In this document: positions 1 through 10,415 of the stretch, piece by piece
How positions within the stretch are numbered: the first letter of the stretch is position 1
Layout: each line of letters opens with the position of its first letter
From: Candidatus Wolfebacteria bacterium GW2011_GWE2_44_13
GTDB taxonomy: Bacteria > Patescibacteriota > Minisyncoccia > UBA6257 > UBA9933
Direction: 5' to 3'
Assembly (NCBI GenBank): GCA_001000675.1
Contig: LCHW01000003.1
Location: 3,873 to 67,872 of the forward strand
Length of the DNA stretch: 64,000 bases
Position numbers and translations under genes: made by a program
Notes under the pieces: generated by a model
The model's database searches: none
What the model was told of the DNA's origin: nothing
What the model saw: the letters and a program-made list of their open reading frames with translations, nothing else

Positions 1-185
1 TCAGTATACGCCAGCATCGGTTCGTCATTACCATTTTTCTGTGGATTTTCAAACGGACACGTTGCCTTAGGCGCACGTGTTCGTTTTTCTTTTCGAGAAA
101 ACTGTTCAAGACTATGCGTTCTTTTTGGTGCTATCACCACCCAGTCCCGAGAAACTGGATCGCGACGAAATTCAGAATTTTGCAT
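1..185 (-). CDS. N-terminal part of galactose-1-phosphate uridylyltransferase-like (GalT/HIT) protein, running off the window edge
   Basis: Manual translation MQNSEFRRDPVSRDWVVIAPKR...CPFE matches the GalT N-terminal SExRxDPxxxxWVxxAxxR...CPF pattern. Confidence 0.7.
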   Translation of the reverse strand, partial: MQNSEFRRDPVSRDWVVIAPKRTHSLEQFSRKEKRTRAPKATCPFENPQKNGNDEPMLAYT

Positions 186-235
186 GAGGCTGGAGATATT
201 ATAGATATGATCACCCTTTCTTTACGCGGGAATCA

Positions 236-2107
236 TTACTTCATTCTATTCTCATAATACCATTTAAATACATCGTATGCCACGGGAACAGAGTTGCTTC
301 CTCCTTCTCGAGCATCTTCAATAAGCACTAACACAGCGATTCGTTTTTCCGCTCCAATTGGACCATATCCCGTAAAAAATGCATTTGTTTTTTGCTTCAT
401 TGAAACCTGCGCAGACCCTGTTTTTCCCGCCACTACAAACGGTAAATTTTTTAATAATTTTGCAGTACCATAGTCTTTTTGCGTTGTTTCGATCATTCCC
501 TTCTCCACCTCATCCATCGAACTCTTTAGTGAAGAAATGTCTCGGAGCACTTGCGGTTGTTGTTCTCGTATTACGGCTCCTTTTTCATCGACTAATTTCT
601 TCATCACAAATGGCTGGTACATAATACCTCGGGTCGCTATGGATGAAATATAGTTTATTAGTTCAATAGGGGTCATCGTTAGATCCCCTTGTCCAATGCT
701 TATGTTATATGTATCGCCCACGCGCCATGGCAACCCAGTACGCTCTTCCTTTTCTTCTATGCTCGGCAAAAACCCAACCTTCTCTCCTGGCATATCGATG
801 TTTGTTTTTTCATCGAGTCCAAACGTGTGCCAATACTTTCTCAAGCGCTCGATACCAAGCCCTTTTACATCTTCAAATCCACCTCCTGCCGCATAAAAAT
901 ACACATTGCTCGAGCGAGCAAGCGCTGAATATACATTTACCCAACCGTGCGCTTTCCAATCGACAAATCGTGACGGCTGATCGGGGTGATACGGATTGGG
1001 AATCTCTATATACCCTTTCGAAAATACACTCTTATCCGTACTCATCACTCCTTCCTGTAACGCGGCAGTCGCAACGAGTGGCTTAATCGTCGAAGCAGGG
1101 TTATACAGCCCCGACACTACACGATTAAATAACGGCCGGTTAGTATTTGTGAGATCCTCTTTTGTAATTCGATTATTATCAAATGTTGGCAAACTTACCA
1201 TTGCTAAAACTTCCCCCGTATCCGGATCCATAACAATACCCGCTCCAGCGGTTCTTCCCATATTCTCTAGCTGTTCTTTTAACCTTCTATAAAAGTATGT
1301 TTGCAAATCACCGTCAATCGTGAGATGCGCGTTATTTCCGTGCTCTGGAGCTACCTCTGTTTTTTGCCCAAGGCTTTCATTTTTTGCGTTTCGATAATCA
1401 ATTAATGCGCCATTTTTCCCCCGCAAATCATTGTTGTATTGCAACTCAAGCCCAGACTTTCCAATTAAATCATTCAACAATAAACTCGCGTCTTCTTCCA
1501 TATCATCCCCCGAAACAAGCCCCACATATCCGGTAACATGACTAAACATTCCCGGTTCTTCGTATTGCCTTTTAAAATCATTTTCAATATTTACATCATC
1601 TAGCGCAATATTTTTTATTGCGGCAACCTGCTCGATTGTTAAATCACGTGCTACTACGATAGAGCTCTGTCTTTCAAGATTAACGCGTGATAATAGTGCA
1701 CGCATCTCATCTTTATTAATTGTAATGATACGCGCCAATTCTTCAATTTCTTTTTCCTGCGCTTGAATATCTTTTTTAAAAAAGTTCGAAAGACTTAATA
1801 CCGCCCTAAATGTAGGAATATTTCGTACAAGCGGCGTGCCAAACCTATCAAAAAATACTCCTCGCTCAGCGGGTTTTACCGTGATATCGCTTACATTCGC
1901 GATTGCTCGATCCTTATAAAATCCTCCCGCGTTCACGCCAAGAAAGAATACTTTGCCAAAAACAATACAGGCAATAACTGTGGTTGCAACCGCCACTAAC
2001 GTAAAAACCCCTTTCGAAAGCGGCATTTCTACGCAATCCATACTCGAAGCCATGTCGTCAAGTACCGATTCTTCCAGAAAAAGCTCTGTATTTCTTCGCG
2101 GTCTCAT
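236..2107 (-). CDS. mrdA: Penicillin-binding protein 2 (class B transpeptidase)
   Basis: N-terminal TM, RGxFFDR dimerisation motif, STIK / SSN / KTG catalytic motifs. Confidence 0.85.
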   Translation of the reverse strand: MRPRRNTELFLEESVLDDMASSMDCVEMPLSKGVFTLVAVATTVIACIVFGKVFFLGVNAGGFYKDRAIANVSDITVKPAERGVFFDRFGTPLVRNIPTFRAVLSLSNFFKKDIQAQEKEIEELARIITINKDEMRALLSRVNLERQSSIVVARDLTIEQVAAIKNIALDDVNIENDFKRQYEEPGMFSHVTGYVGLVSGDDMEEDASLLLNDLIGKSGLELQYNNDLRGKNGALIDYRNAKNESLGQKTEVAPEHGNNAHLTIDGDLQTYFYRRLKEQLENMGRTAGAGIVMDPDTGEVLAMVSLPTFDNNRITKEDLTNTNRPLFNRVVSGLYNPASTIKPLVATAALQEGVMSTDKSVFSKGYIEIPNPYHPDQPSRFVDWKAHGWVNVYSALARSSNVYFYAAGGGFEDVKGLGIERLRKYWHTFGLDEKTNIDMPGEKVGFLPSIEEKEERTGLPWRVGDTYNISIGQGDLTMTPIELINYISSIATRGIMYQPFVMKKLVDEKGAVIREQQPQVLRDISSLKSSMDEVEKGMIETTQKDYGTAKLLKNLPFVVAGKTGSAQVSMKQKTNAFFTGYGPIGAEKRIAVLVLIEDAREGGSNSVPVAYDVFKWYYENRMK

Positions 2108-2138
2108 ATACTTGCTATCATATCGAAGAACGCTTCAT

Positions 2139-2173
2139 AAATCAAAAGAGGCGCGCAGCGCCTCTTTTGATTT
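2139..2173. terminator. Hairpin terminator between kinase and PBP2 genes
   Basis: aaatcaaaagaggcgc-gca-gcgcctcttttgattt perfect inverted repeat. Confidence 0.6.
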
Positions 2174-2185
2174 CGCTATTGTTAC

Positions 2186-3505
2186 TTATTCATCACTAAA
2201 TGCCATTTCTGTTTGGGGAACAAGTGTTGGATCTGTTGGGATAGTAATATAGAAGGTACTCCCTCGACTTACTTGCGATTCAGCCCATATATCTCCCCCA
2301 TGTCTTCGGACAATATTTTTTGTAATATATAACCCAAGCCCTGTGCCATCGGCAACTGTCTTTTGTGCATTGTCCGCTCGGAAAAATTTCGTAAACAATC
2401 GTTGCATTTCATCCGCCGGGATACCAATACCCGTATCCTTTACGCTCACCTCTACATATGGCTTTTCGGCTACCGCTTTTATTGTCACTACCACTTCCCC
2501 ATTTTCAATATTGTATTTGATTGCATTAGAAACTAGATTCGCCAAAACAATGCCCAATTTCTGTGGATCGATTGTTACTGCGATTGGATTTTCTGATTTT
2601 TGCAAATAGAGCTTGATTCCCATTTCTTTTGCATAGACCATCAGTTCCGCCAAGACTCTCTCGGCAAATTCATTAATGTCCATTGCTTGGAACTTATACC
2701 CATATTTTCCTTCTTCTATCTGAGAAACATCAAGTAGGTCGTTTACTGTCTTTAAAATATTTCCTGCCGCAATTACACCCATGCCAACCATTTCCTTTTG
2801 CTCATCGGGCATGGTTTCTTTTGCAAGTGATTCGAATATCCAGTTAATTGATGTTAGGGGCGTGCGGAGCTGATGTGCCGCAACCTCAATAAACTCACTC
2901 TTTGATTTTAACATCGCCACCTCGCGTGTTCGCTCATGAATAATTTTTACAAACCCAAGTAAGGTGCCGTTTGGATCAACAATGCGATCAGTTGATACGC
3001 GTAGCTCTATTGATGGATTCGTAAATGACATATCGACTATCTGCGGATAGATTCCCCCCTCGGTCCTCCTCACTACCAATGGAGCAATTGATGGATACAG
3101 CACTTGCGCTAATAGCGTAAGCTTTTGATCTTTTACACTTTCCGGAGTTACCCGCTTTCCCATAACCTCAGCAATCGGGGCTCCCAATATTTGCTGCGCT
3201 GCTTTATTCATCATCACTACTTTGAAATTTTGATCGTATGCGATCAATCCATCAAGAAGATTTGCAACAATACTTCCTAGCTCATTTCTTTCGAGCTTTA
3301 TTTCTCCATTAAGTCGCACGATACGAATGCCATTCAAAAAAATAATAGTACCCATTACCAAAAAAATACTCGCGCTAATCATAATCCACACTGGCTGCAA
3401 ATAAATACTATTAATCCCAATCAATACCAGCGCCAGCGGCAAAAAATACCAGAAGGGCCTCATTTCTGGCATTTTTAAATATGCGGTTATTGTTCCCGGT
3501 TGCAT
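2186..3505 (-). CDS. Membrane PAS-domain sensor histidine kinase
   Basis: 2 TM, PAS-like region, AHQLRTPL H-box, NLVSNAIKY N-box, DTGIGI and GTGLGL G-boxes. Confidence 0.9.
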   Translation of the reverse strand: MQPGTITAYLKMPEMRPFWYFLPLALVLIGINSIYLQPVWIMISASIFLVMGTIIFLNGIRIVRLNGEIKLERNELGSIVANLLDGLIAYDQNFKVVMMNKAAQQILGAPIAEVMGKRVTPESVKDQKLTLLAQVLYPSIAPLVVRRTEGGIYPQIVDMSFTNPSIELRVSTDRIVDPNGTLLGFVKIIHERTREVAMLKSKSEFIEVAAHQLRTPLTSINWIFESLAKETMPDEQKEMVGMGVIAAGNILKTVNDLLDVSQIEEGKYGYKFQAMDINEFAERVLAELMVYAKEMGIKLYLQKSENPIAVTIDPQKLGIVLANLVSNAIKYNIENGEVVVTIKAVAEKPYVEVSVKDTGIGIPADEMQRLFTKFFRADNAQKTVADGTGLGLYITKNIVRRHGGDIWAESQVSRGSTFYITIPTDPTLVPQTEMAFSDE

Positions 3506-3509
3506 ATGA

Positions 3510-4637
3510 TTATTGCAAATCTAAGCTATATAACTTCTTATCGTATCTGTTTATGAACACAATCTTATCTTCCAATACAGTTAAGTTCGTTGCATCAATT
3601 TTTGGATTCTCATCTTCAAAAATTGCCCGGATTCCATTATTTGTTAGATCGATTTGATAGATACCATCTTGGAAATATACGTCCCGCTTAAGATAGTCAT
3701 CTGGCAATGTCATGCGAGCGAGCGCTGCTTGGTCGCGAGGGATTGCACAATACATCTGCTCTGGTGCTGTTATTGCACACTTGTCTGGCAATGTAATGAA
3801 TCGCAACGTATTTAATTCGTTTCCTTTATCATCGATTAGTGCCAACTTATGTTTACGCCCTTCTGTGGTCGTAAACTTAAGTGCTCGCGTTCCGAATGGC
3901 GCCCATTGCACTATCAATCCCCTGTCTGATAGAAACTTTGCGATTGTTTTTGTTTTAACATCAACCCTCCACATGTCTGAAACATATTCTGCGGATGGTT
4001 TTTGGGTTACATATATTACATCGCTTTGCGGCCACTGTAATGTAAAATCGCTTTGCGAAATTTTCGTAACTTCTAAAAACTTTGCGGTATCGCTTAGCCC
4101 AATCACATCCGCAACCTGCGTTCTTAGCCATCTTACATCTCCTGTTTGAATTATATAAGCCGCATCTTTTCCTTTCGGAGCCCATGTTATCTCCTCTACT
4201 CCGCCAACTGAAGTCCCTGGAAGATTGCTCGTTAAATCAAACGGATTGAATCTAATCCCCTCAGATGATTGCGCTTCAATAAAGACAGCTTCTCCATTCG
4301 CTGACGGACGAACACTTCTTATATTTGCAATCGATTGCTCGTACAACAGCTCATCACTCTCATTATTGACCGTTATTATACTCCCTTCGCTATCTACATA
4401 TAGTATCGCTGGGCTTGATGTTGCATCGGCTATCCAATAGCCCGCAACCGTACGCGAACTAATAGCTCGAAGGCGTTCCTTTTTTTGCTCAAGCGGTTGA
4501 ATTGGCTCATTGTTTATGCCAGGAATATTACTTATTACAACAGCTCTGTTTTGCCATGCAAAATATGCGCCTATTCCTAATGCAATAACTCCCAGCACAG
4601 CACTCGCCCCAATAATTATTTTTTTATTTCTTTCCAT
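3510..4637 (-). CDS. Membrane-anchored beta-rich (propeller-like) hypothetical protein
   Basis: 375-aa ORF, N-terminal TM anchor, WAP repeats, YCAIP...LPDDY motif; co-oriented in the T4SS-like locus. Confidence 0.6.
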   Translation of the reverse strand: MERNKKIIIGASAVLGVIALGIGAYFAWQNRAVVISNIPGINNEPIQPLEQKKERLRAISSRTVAGYWIADATSSPAILYVDSEGSIITVNNESDELLYEQSIANIRSVRPSANGEAVFIEAQSSEGIRFNPFDLTSNLPGTSVGGVEEITWAPKGKDAAYIIQTGDVRWLRTQVADVIGLSDTAKFLEVTKISQSDFTLQWPQSDVIYVTQKPSAEYVSDMWRVDVKTKTIAKFLSDRGLIVQWAPFGTRALKFTTTEGRKHKLALIDDKGNELNTLRFITLPDKCAITAPEQMYCAIPRDQAALARMTLPDDYLKRDVYFQDGIYQIDLTNNGIRAIFEDENPKIDATNLTVLEDKIVFINRYDKKLYSLDLQ

Positions 4638-4654
4638 AGAAGTTTATCGATCCG

Positions 4655-5644
4655 TTATCTCGTGGAGCAATCCCAATGAGGTGCTGCAGGGGGCTTTTCT
4701 GACGAACACGTCACGCCCGTAACTTTATCACGAAAGGTTGCATAACTATCGCTACGCGTCGCTATTCTCTCAAATCTCTGCGGATTATTTACAAAAGCTA
4801 TCTCAACTCCAGGAGAAACTCTCATATCCCACTTATATCCTTCTGCGTGCGGTGTCCCTGGATCGTGCGCCTCTGTTACCGAAGTAATATTAATCGGCAC
4901 TCCCGCATCCGCCATTGATACAATTCCATCAAGCGTTATTTGCTTTACTCCTTGAAAGGATATGCACCCGACAGTACCCCCACCAGGAACACACTCTTTG
5001 AGCATTGCAATACCCCCAATTGACTCTAATCTGCTCCGGATATGCGATACCGGAGTGTCTGCAAGTGGTCTCCCGGCGTAAGCACCGTCACCAACAACAA
5101 CTGGCGTACTTGTTGAGTCTCCTGGCAACTCCATACCAACGGGTATATAGGGCGTTGCATTTATTTTTACCTTTGGCTGGAGTGCATTTTGGATACGCTC
5201 CACATCGACAATATTTGGATTAATCGTATTAAACAATACCTGCGCACCGAATAAAAGCACAATGCCTTTTAATGCATTTTTTATATAATCGTTACTTGCT
5301 TTTATCTTTCCTGGATCTGCCGACATTGTACGCAATATTCCTCCGTACATAATTACTCCAACAGCAACAACACCCACTAAACCCATTAGGTATTGATATA
5401 CCAAAAATACCATGTCCGCCGGCCCCTTTGCACCTAATAACACATTCGGCAAAAAGCGCGGCGTATAAATAAGATCTGCAGCTGCCTGTGGCGTACCTGC
5501 CGTCGTCGTTGCAGCCTCTCCGATTGAAATCATTACACCACTTAAAAGCAAGCAGGCGACTACGATTATCGAGCCGTTTAAAAGTCCTGAGCTCATTCGC
5601 TTTGCCATATATTGTATTGTACTTAAAAGGATTCGCGTTTTCAT
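4655..5644 (-). CDS. TrbC/VirB2-like pilin domain fused to putative M15-like Zn-peptidase domain
   Basis: Pilin-like TM pair (IMYGGILR...IKNALKGIVLL...INP); C-terminal HAEGYKWD...PHW motif. Confidence 0.6.
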   Translation of the reverse strand: MKTRILLSTIQYMAKRMSSGLLNGSIIVVACLLLSGVMISIGEAATTTAGTPQAAADLIYTPRFLPNVLLGAKGPADMVFLVYQYLMGLVGVVAVGVIMYGGILRTMSADPGKIKASNDYIKNALKGIVLLFGAQVLFNTINPNIVDVERIQNALQPKVKINATPYIPVGMELPGDSTSTPVVVGDGAYAGRPLADTPVSHIRSRLESIGGIAMLKECVPGGGTVGCISFQGVKQITLDGIVSMADAGVPINITSVTEAHDPGTPHAEGYKWDMRVSPGVEIAFVNNPQRFERIATRSDSYATFRDKVTGVTCSSEKPPAAPHWDCSTR

Positions 5645-5661
5645 ATGCTTATTTTTACTCT

Positions 5662-6366
5662 TTACAATATATCGACGAACATCTTTTTTGTGATATTCTC
5701 TAGCAGCTTCCCCTTATTTATCATCGTTGCCTCGAGTGTATATTTTGCGCCTGTCTTTGCATCATTTCCAATAGTCATTACCAACACTGGATCATTTGCT
5801 CTTCCTGTTTCCAGCGCATTTCCGTTCACTTTCCAGCGCAAGCTTAACGCTTCATTACTCGTGGTATTAAAATAGAACGGCCATGCATAAAATGTATTAT
5901 CACCTTTTTCTACCTTCTTTTGAAAATACGGGACATCGATCACAACCTCTGGTGACTTCACCGGAATATCGAATATTTTTTCTAAAGGCCTTCCTTTATA
6001 ATCTGGGAGTACTATCTTTATATTTAAAACATCTCCACCATATTTTTTATTAAACACAATTACTTTTCGTATTCCTAGCCCGTTCGTCTCATTCTTTATC
6101 AGTTTCCCATCCACATACCAACGAACTGAGGACGTTGCAAGATTTGCTACTTTTCCATCTTCAATTAATTCAAATGCAACATCAATTGGACTTTGATAGG
6201 TTGGGAGCGCTTTACCCGCATACCATGCGGGTACATAGGTTCGCGTATGCCAACTGGTCATAAATTCTACCGCCGCTTCCGCCGATGGAATAAAGATTGT
6301 AAACGCAACGATCAACACGCTTACGATAGTACAGATGTATCCGATTGTTTTATTACTATGTTTCAT
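5662..6366 (-). CDS. Secreted hypothetical protein (Ig-like, TYVPxWYxGKALP motif)
   Basis: Signal peptide ending AEA; 234-aa ORF within the operon. Confidence 0.6.
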   Translation of the reverse strand: MKHSNKTIGYICTIVSVLIVAFTIFIPSAEAAVEFMTSWHTRTYVPAWYAGKALPTYQSPIDVAFELIEDGKVANLATSSVRWYVDGKLIKNETNGLGIRKVIVFNKKYGGDVLNIKIVLPDYKGRPLEKIFDIPVKSPEVVIDVPYFQKKVEKGDNTFYAWPFYFNTTSNEALSLRWKVNGNALETGRANDPVLVMTIGNDAKTGAKYTLEATMINKGKLLENITKKMFVDIL

Positions 6367-6411
6367 TTTTATAGATTCCAGCTCAAGACTGGAATGACCT
6401 GGGGTAAGTTA

Positions 6412-7062
6412 CTAAGCCACTTCTTGCTGCAGATTACCCTCTTTGCCGTCATACCGCGTAATCTCTTGCTCTTGCGTGGCTGATTTTTCCATCCTCTTCG
6501 CTCCCATAACACCCGCTTCCGATGCTCGATTTGCCGAAGCCATACGTTGCCGCGCAGCGGAAACACCCTTTTGTTCTACCTTTGTCACCGTAGCACCAGT
6601 GAATTTTCGGGTCGCGATTTTAGTAGCCATACCACCAGCTACTTTTGCAGCGGCGCCGCCAGCCACTCCTCCGAATACAGTCGCCCCGATCTGAATCGCC
6701 TGTCCTGTAACTTTTGCAATAACCCCCATCACCTTTTCCATTTTGTCTGGGTTGTTGATAATCCAGATACCCGCTACTAGCGCGACTGTTTTACCTGGCG
6801 CTAGATTTGCCGTAGCCGCATTGATTGACGTTCCAATTGGCTGAACAATTAACTTCATGACACCCCTACCTCCCCGCAACAGCATGTACGCCTCTATCGC
6901 TAATCCAGTCGCTAAATTCATTGGCTCTGTTACGATTATACCAGTTCCTAGCGTAATTACCAAAATAAGAAACTCAAAAAACTCTTCTGTTCCAACTAGC
7001 AGCACCACAAATATTGTTTCTGCAAGCCCTATTGTTTTTTGCTTAATTTCTTCTTCTGGCAT
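6412..7062 (-). CDS. Hypothetical membrane protein
   Basis: Hydrophobic N-terminal half, Gly/Ala-rich segment, basic tail. Confidence 0.6.
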   Translation of the reverse strand: MPEEEIKQKTIGLAETIFVVLLVGTEEFFEFLILVITLGTGIIVTEPMNLATGLAIEAYMLLRGGRGVMKLIVQPIGTSINAATANLAPGKTVALVAGIWIINNPDKMEKVMGVIAKVTGQAIQIGATVFGGVAGGAAAKVAGGMATKIATRKFTGATVTKVEQKGVSAARQRMASANRASEAGVMGAKRMEKSATQEQEITRYDGKEGNLQQEVA

Positions 7063-7094
7063 GGTTTTATAATCCTTCCGTTGCTATTTAGGAA

Positions 7095-7281
7095 CTGGAT
7101 ACCGGCCTCTGCGCTCCGTGTGCCACCGCTAAAGCTAAGGCGACACGCGGTCGGCCATAGCCTTTGGCGGCGTGCGACCGGTATGACATCGTATTGTCAT
7201 CCCGTGCCACAATACGGGATCCAGTATTTTGCGTACAGGACTCTGGATTTCAGACATGCTTGCTAACATTCTGGAATGACA
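7095..7281. repeat. BIME-like cluster of three REP-type palindromes (CTGGAT...ATGAC / GTCAT...ATCCAG), the first with a nested hairpin
   Basis: ctggataccgg...ccggtatgac (7095-7187), gtcatcccg...cgggatccag (to 7224), ctggatttcaga...tctggaatgac (7243-7280). Confidence 0.65.
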
Positions 7282-7325
7282 ATGTGGGGAGTTTGGATGA
7301 CAATACAAGGCATTTTTGTTGTCGG

Positions 7326-9077
7326 TTATTTGTTCTCTTCCGCCTGCTGCAACAACTGCTCTGGATCTGTTGTGATGATTCGATCTTCGAAATATGATGG
7401 GATTATTTTAATTGCAACATGCTTAAGCCCTACTAAAAATATTCCTTCTCCTACTCCCGCAGACAACACTAAGCTTTTTTCTGTTTCACTTAGCGCGAAT
7501 GTTTTTGCAAGCACTTCAATACTCGATGGAGCCTGCTTTAGTAATAATTGCAATGACGAGTTGGATACGATTGGCACTCCATAGGGAGAGTTCATGAAAT
7601 CGTCTACGTTCTGTGTAATCGTTGTCATGCCCAAATAGTATTTTCTGCATCGCTTCGCGAGACCAAACAAGAACGAGGCACTGTCGGGATGCTTCATCAA
7701 TACCCATGCTTCGTCAATAATAAGAATGCGCTTTTTCATTTCAGCGCGAATCAAATTCCATATATAGCTCAACATCATGTACATAGCGATTGGACGCAGC
7801 TCCTCTTCAAGATCGCGTGTCGAGAAAATAACAAGCCTATTTTTAATGTCTACATTCGTTTGTCTATTTGCAAATCCCGCATACGTCCCTTGCGTAAATT
7901 TGTATAGCTTTGCCGCCATACTCTTTCCTCCTTCCATGTTTTCTAACACAGTTTGCAAATCGCTCAATAAAGGCGCTTCCAGCCCGGTAAAATCTTTTAC
8001 ATCACTTGTAATACCTCGTGATGCATATGTTTCGTTGATTGCGCGATCCATGAGCGCGTCTTCTTCTGGCGTTAGTACTCCCATCATCAGCTTTAATAAA
8101 CCAACAACATTTAAAATGTGTGATCGAAAAACGTCTGCAGGATCTTCCCCTACCGGCACAACAGGAATGTCGAGTGGATTTATGGCTGTATCAGATGTTA
8201 GCGAAATTTTTAACAAACTTCCTCCAACCGCGTCTGAAAGTTTTTCATATTCATTCTCTGGATCGATAACAATCACGTCGATGCCCATCATTAATGAACG
8301 CAATATTTCCAACTTTGTTCCGTACGATTTTCCAGCTCCCGACTTTGCGAACACTACCTGGTTTGCATTTTCTAATGAAAAGCGATCGAAGATGATTAAC
8401 GAATTATTGTGCTGGTTGATGCCATAAAGCACACCCTTGTCTGATGTAAGATCTTCTGAAACAAACGGAAATAGTGACGATATTGGACTCGTGTTTAGCG
8501 CGGTATGAATTTGCAACTTGTCCTGTCCAATCGGTAGCGTTGAAATAAATCCTTCGATGTGCTGGAAAATAGATGGCTTTAAATATACCATCTGACTATC
8601 AAGGATCGACGTAATTCTATCTTCTGCGCGCGAGAGTTCCGCTACTGAATTTGCATATACGGTTATATACACGCCAACGTCAAAGAGCTTCTCTTCCGCC
8701 TGTTGTAGCTGGTCGCGAAGCGCTTCTATATCTTGATATGCGGTTTCCAATGCTGGGTCTCGTACAAGGCCTTTTTCATCGCGCTCTGAAAGCTGCGCCT
8801 CAACTTGCGATACCTTTCTTCGTAGCTTACTTAGCGCGGCCGTTGTTTCAACGGGATGCACAAAAATAGAAACGTCTAATAAATTCGGAAGATTGATAAT
8901 AACGTCAAACCATCCTGTGGAAAGATACCGTGGGTACGTAAAAATAAATAACGTTTTTACATAGGTATCTCCCAGTCGTATAAAATTAGGATTTGCTTCA
9001 AGCGCAGCCGGGGCAATGACGTTTTTTACATCTTCCCCTCCGCCTGTATATGCTTGTGGTACGGTTATTTTTTCCAT
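7326..9077 (-). CDS. virB4: VirB4-like type IV secretion/conjugation ATPase
   Basis: Walker A AKSGAGKS, IDPENEY, INPLD, Walker B IIDEAW, RKY...TQ motifs. Confidence 0.85.
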   Translation of the reverse strand: MEKITVPQAYTGGGEDVKNVIAPAALEANPNFIRLGDTYVKTLFIFTYPRYLSTGWFDVIINLPNLLDVSIFVHPVETTAALSKLRRKVSQVEAQLSERDEKGLVRDPALETAYQDIEALRDQLQQAEEKLFDVGVYITVYANSVAELSRAEDRITSILDSQMVYLKPSIFQHIEGFISTLPIGQDKLQIHTALNTSPISSLFPFVSEDLTSDKGVLYGINQHNNSLIIFDRFSLENANQVVFAKSGAGKSYGTKLEILRSLMMGIDVIVIDPENEYEKLSDAVGGSLLKISLTSDTAINPLDIPVVPVGEDPADVFRSHILNVVGLLKLMMGVLTPEEDALMDRAINETYASRGITSDVKDFTGLEAPLLSDLQTVLENMEGGKSMAAKLYKFTQGTYAGFANRQTNVDIKNRLVIFSTRDLEEELRPIAMYMMLSYIWNLIRAEMKKRILIIDEAWVLMKHPDSASFLFGLAKRCRKYYLGMTTITQNVDDFMNSPYGVPIVSNSSLQLLLKQAPSSIEVLAKTFALSETEKSLVLSAGVGEGIFLVGLKHVAIKIIPSYFEDRIITTDPEQLLQQAEENK

Positions 9078-9086
9078 AATAGTTAC

Positions 9087-9752
9087 TTATTGCTTCTTCG
9101 CTATTCCAATTCCCTTCTTTTCTGTTTCAGCTGGATTGTACAAATTATAGAACAGTTCGATGAGCTCTTCGTCATTTAGTGCCACCGCACGCAACCCAAT
9201 ACTCGCAAGCCCTGAGGCAATGTTATCGGCGCGCTGGTTGAGTTGCTCAATTGCTTCATCGAGCGATTTATCCTCCTGCGCTGTGGGTGTCGTATTTGTC
9301 TTTTTCCCAAAAAATGGCAGCCCCGATAATAGCCCTCCCGCGCTCGGCAGCACAACCCTGTCGTAGGGAACGACAACGAAAAACGATTTACCCATAATTT
9401 CACTCTGTTCAACGAACGATTTTATAAATTCTGAATATTCGCTTATTTGTTCGCGTAATAAATCGTTTGTTTCTGTTTCTTTTCGCTTGCTTAATCCATC
9501 GAGATATCCCTGAATATTTAATCGTCGTGAATGCACAATTATCTGTAATGTAAAGTCGAGCGAATTGATAAATTCTTGATATGCGCTAAGAATAATGTTT
9601 TTATCCTCCTCTGATTTCAACGCAAAATTGATCCCACTCACAAGAAGGATTTTTCTTAACGAACCACCTTTCAAAAGGACTGTCCCGTTATATACTCGCT
9701 CTACATCCACAAATTGTTGCGTTGCTTGTGCTTCTTGCGCCATAGGTATCAT
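9087..9752 (-). CDS. VirB4/TraC N-terminal-like accessory protein
   Basis: INFALKSEE...FINSLDF.LQI...FFVVVPY pattern; directly upstream of virB4. Confidence 0.65.
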   Translation of the reverse strand: MIPMAQEAQATQQFVDVERVYNGTVLLKGGSLRKILLVSGINFALKSEEDKNIILSAYQEFINSLDFTLQIIVHSRRLNIQGYLDGLSKRKETETNDLLREQISEYSEFIKSFVEQSEIMGKSFFVVVPYDRVVLPSAGGLLSGLPFFGKKTNTTPTAQEDKSLDEAIEQLNQRADNIASGLASIGLRAVALNDEELIELFYNLYNPAETEKKGIGIAKKQ

Positions 9753-9838
9753 TATTCTCGTTTAAGCGAGAATGTATATGTTATATCAATATATAAGAAA
9801 TTACCGTACTTCATCGTATTGTACCATACTATCCATCC

Positions 9839-10375
9839 TTATCTAAAATCGACTCGTTTTGCAGTTGCTTGGTCTCCTGTCTGTCTTCGGAAAATACTTA
9901 CCTTTTCTGTATCAACAACGGGCACTCCTTTTTCTCGTTGCGGTATAGGATTTTTCGATGTTGTAAGATCTCCTGATAATTTATTAATTGATGGCATTTG
10001 TGCGGTGAATTTTTTAAGCGTATTCCGTTGATCCACGATGTGCTCTTCTGATACTGGCATTTGTGGAAATTCGGGAACCTCTATCGTCCTCTCTTGCGCT
10101 TCGCGCTTCCAGAGATACAAACGTGGTTTCCAAAAAAATCCAAGGGCAGCAAAGGCTATACGTGGCAACGGTTGTCCATTAACTTTTACCAGCGCAAGTG
10201 CAAGCGCACCTCCCAGCGCAACAAGCCCAATAAGTAATGCGGCAAAAAATGGCAGGAGCGTAAACGCCAAAAAAGTAACTATTCCACCCCCTACGACATA
10301 CAATAATTGTCGTAACGAGAACGGTCCAGCTATTTTATCCTCCATTTCAATGAATTGCGGGATTTGGAATTGCAT
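9839..10375 (-). CDS. PrgI-family (VirB3-like) membrane protein
   Basis: MQFQIPQFIEMEDKIAGPFSLRQ N-terminus plus two TM helices. Confidence 0.8.
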   Translation of the reverse strand: MQFQIPQFIEMEDKIAGPFSLRQLLYVVGGGIVTFLAFTLLPFFAALLIGLVALGGALALALVKVNGQPLPRIAFAALGFFWKPRLYLWKREAQERTIEVPEFPQMPVSEEHIVDQRNTLKKFTAQMPSINKLSGDLTTSKNPIPQREKGVPVVDTEKVSIFRRQTGDQATAKRVDFR

Positions 10376-10415
10376 TACAGTAAAGTTTTCGGTTAATCGA
10401 GCAATTCGTTGCTTC

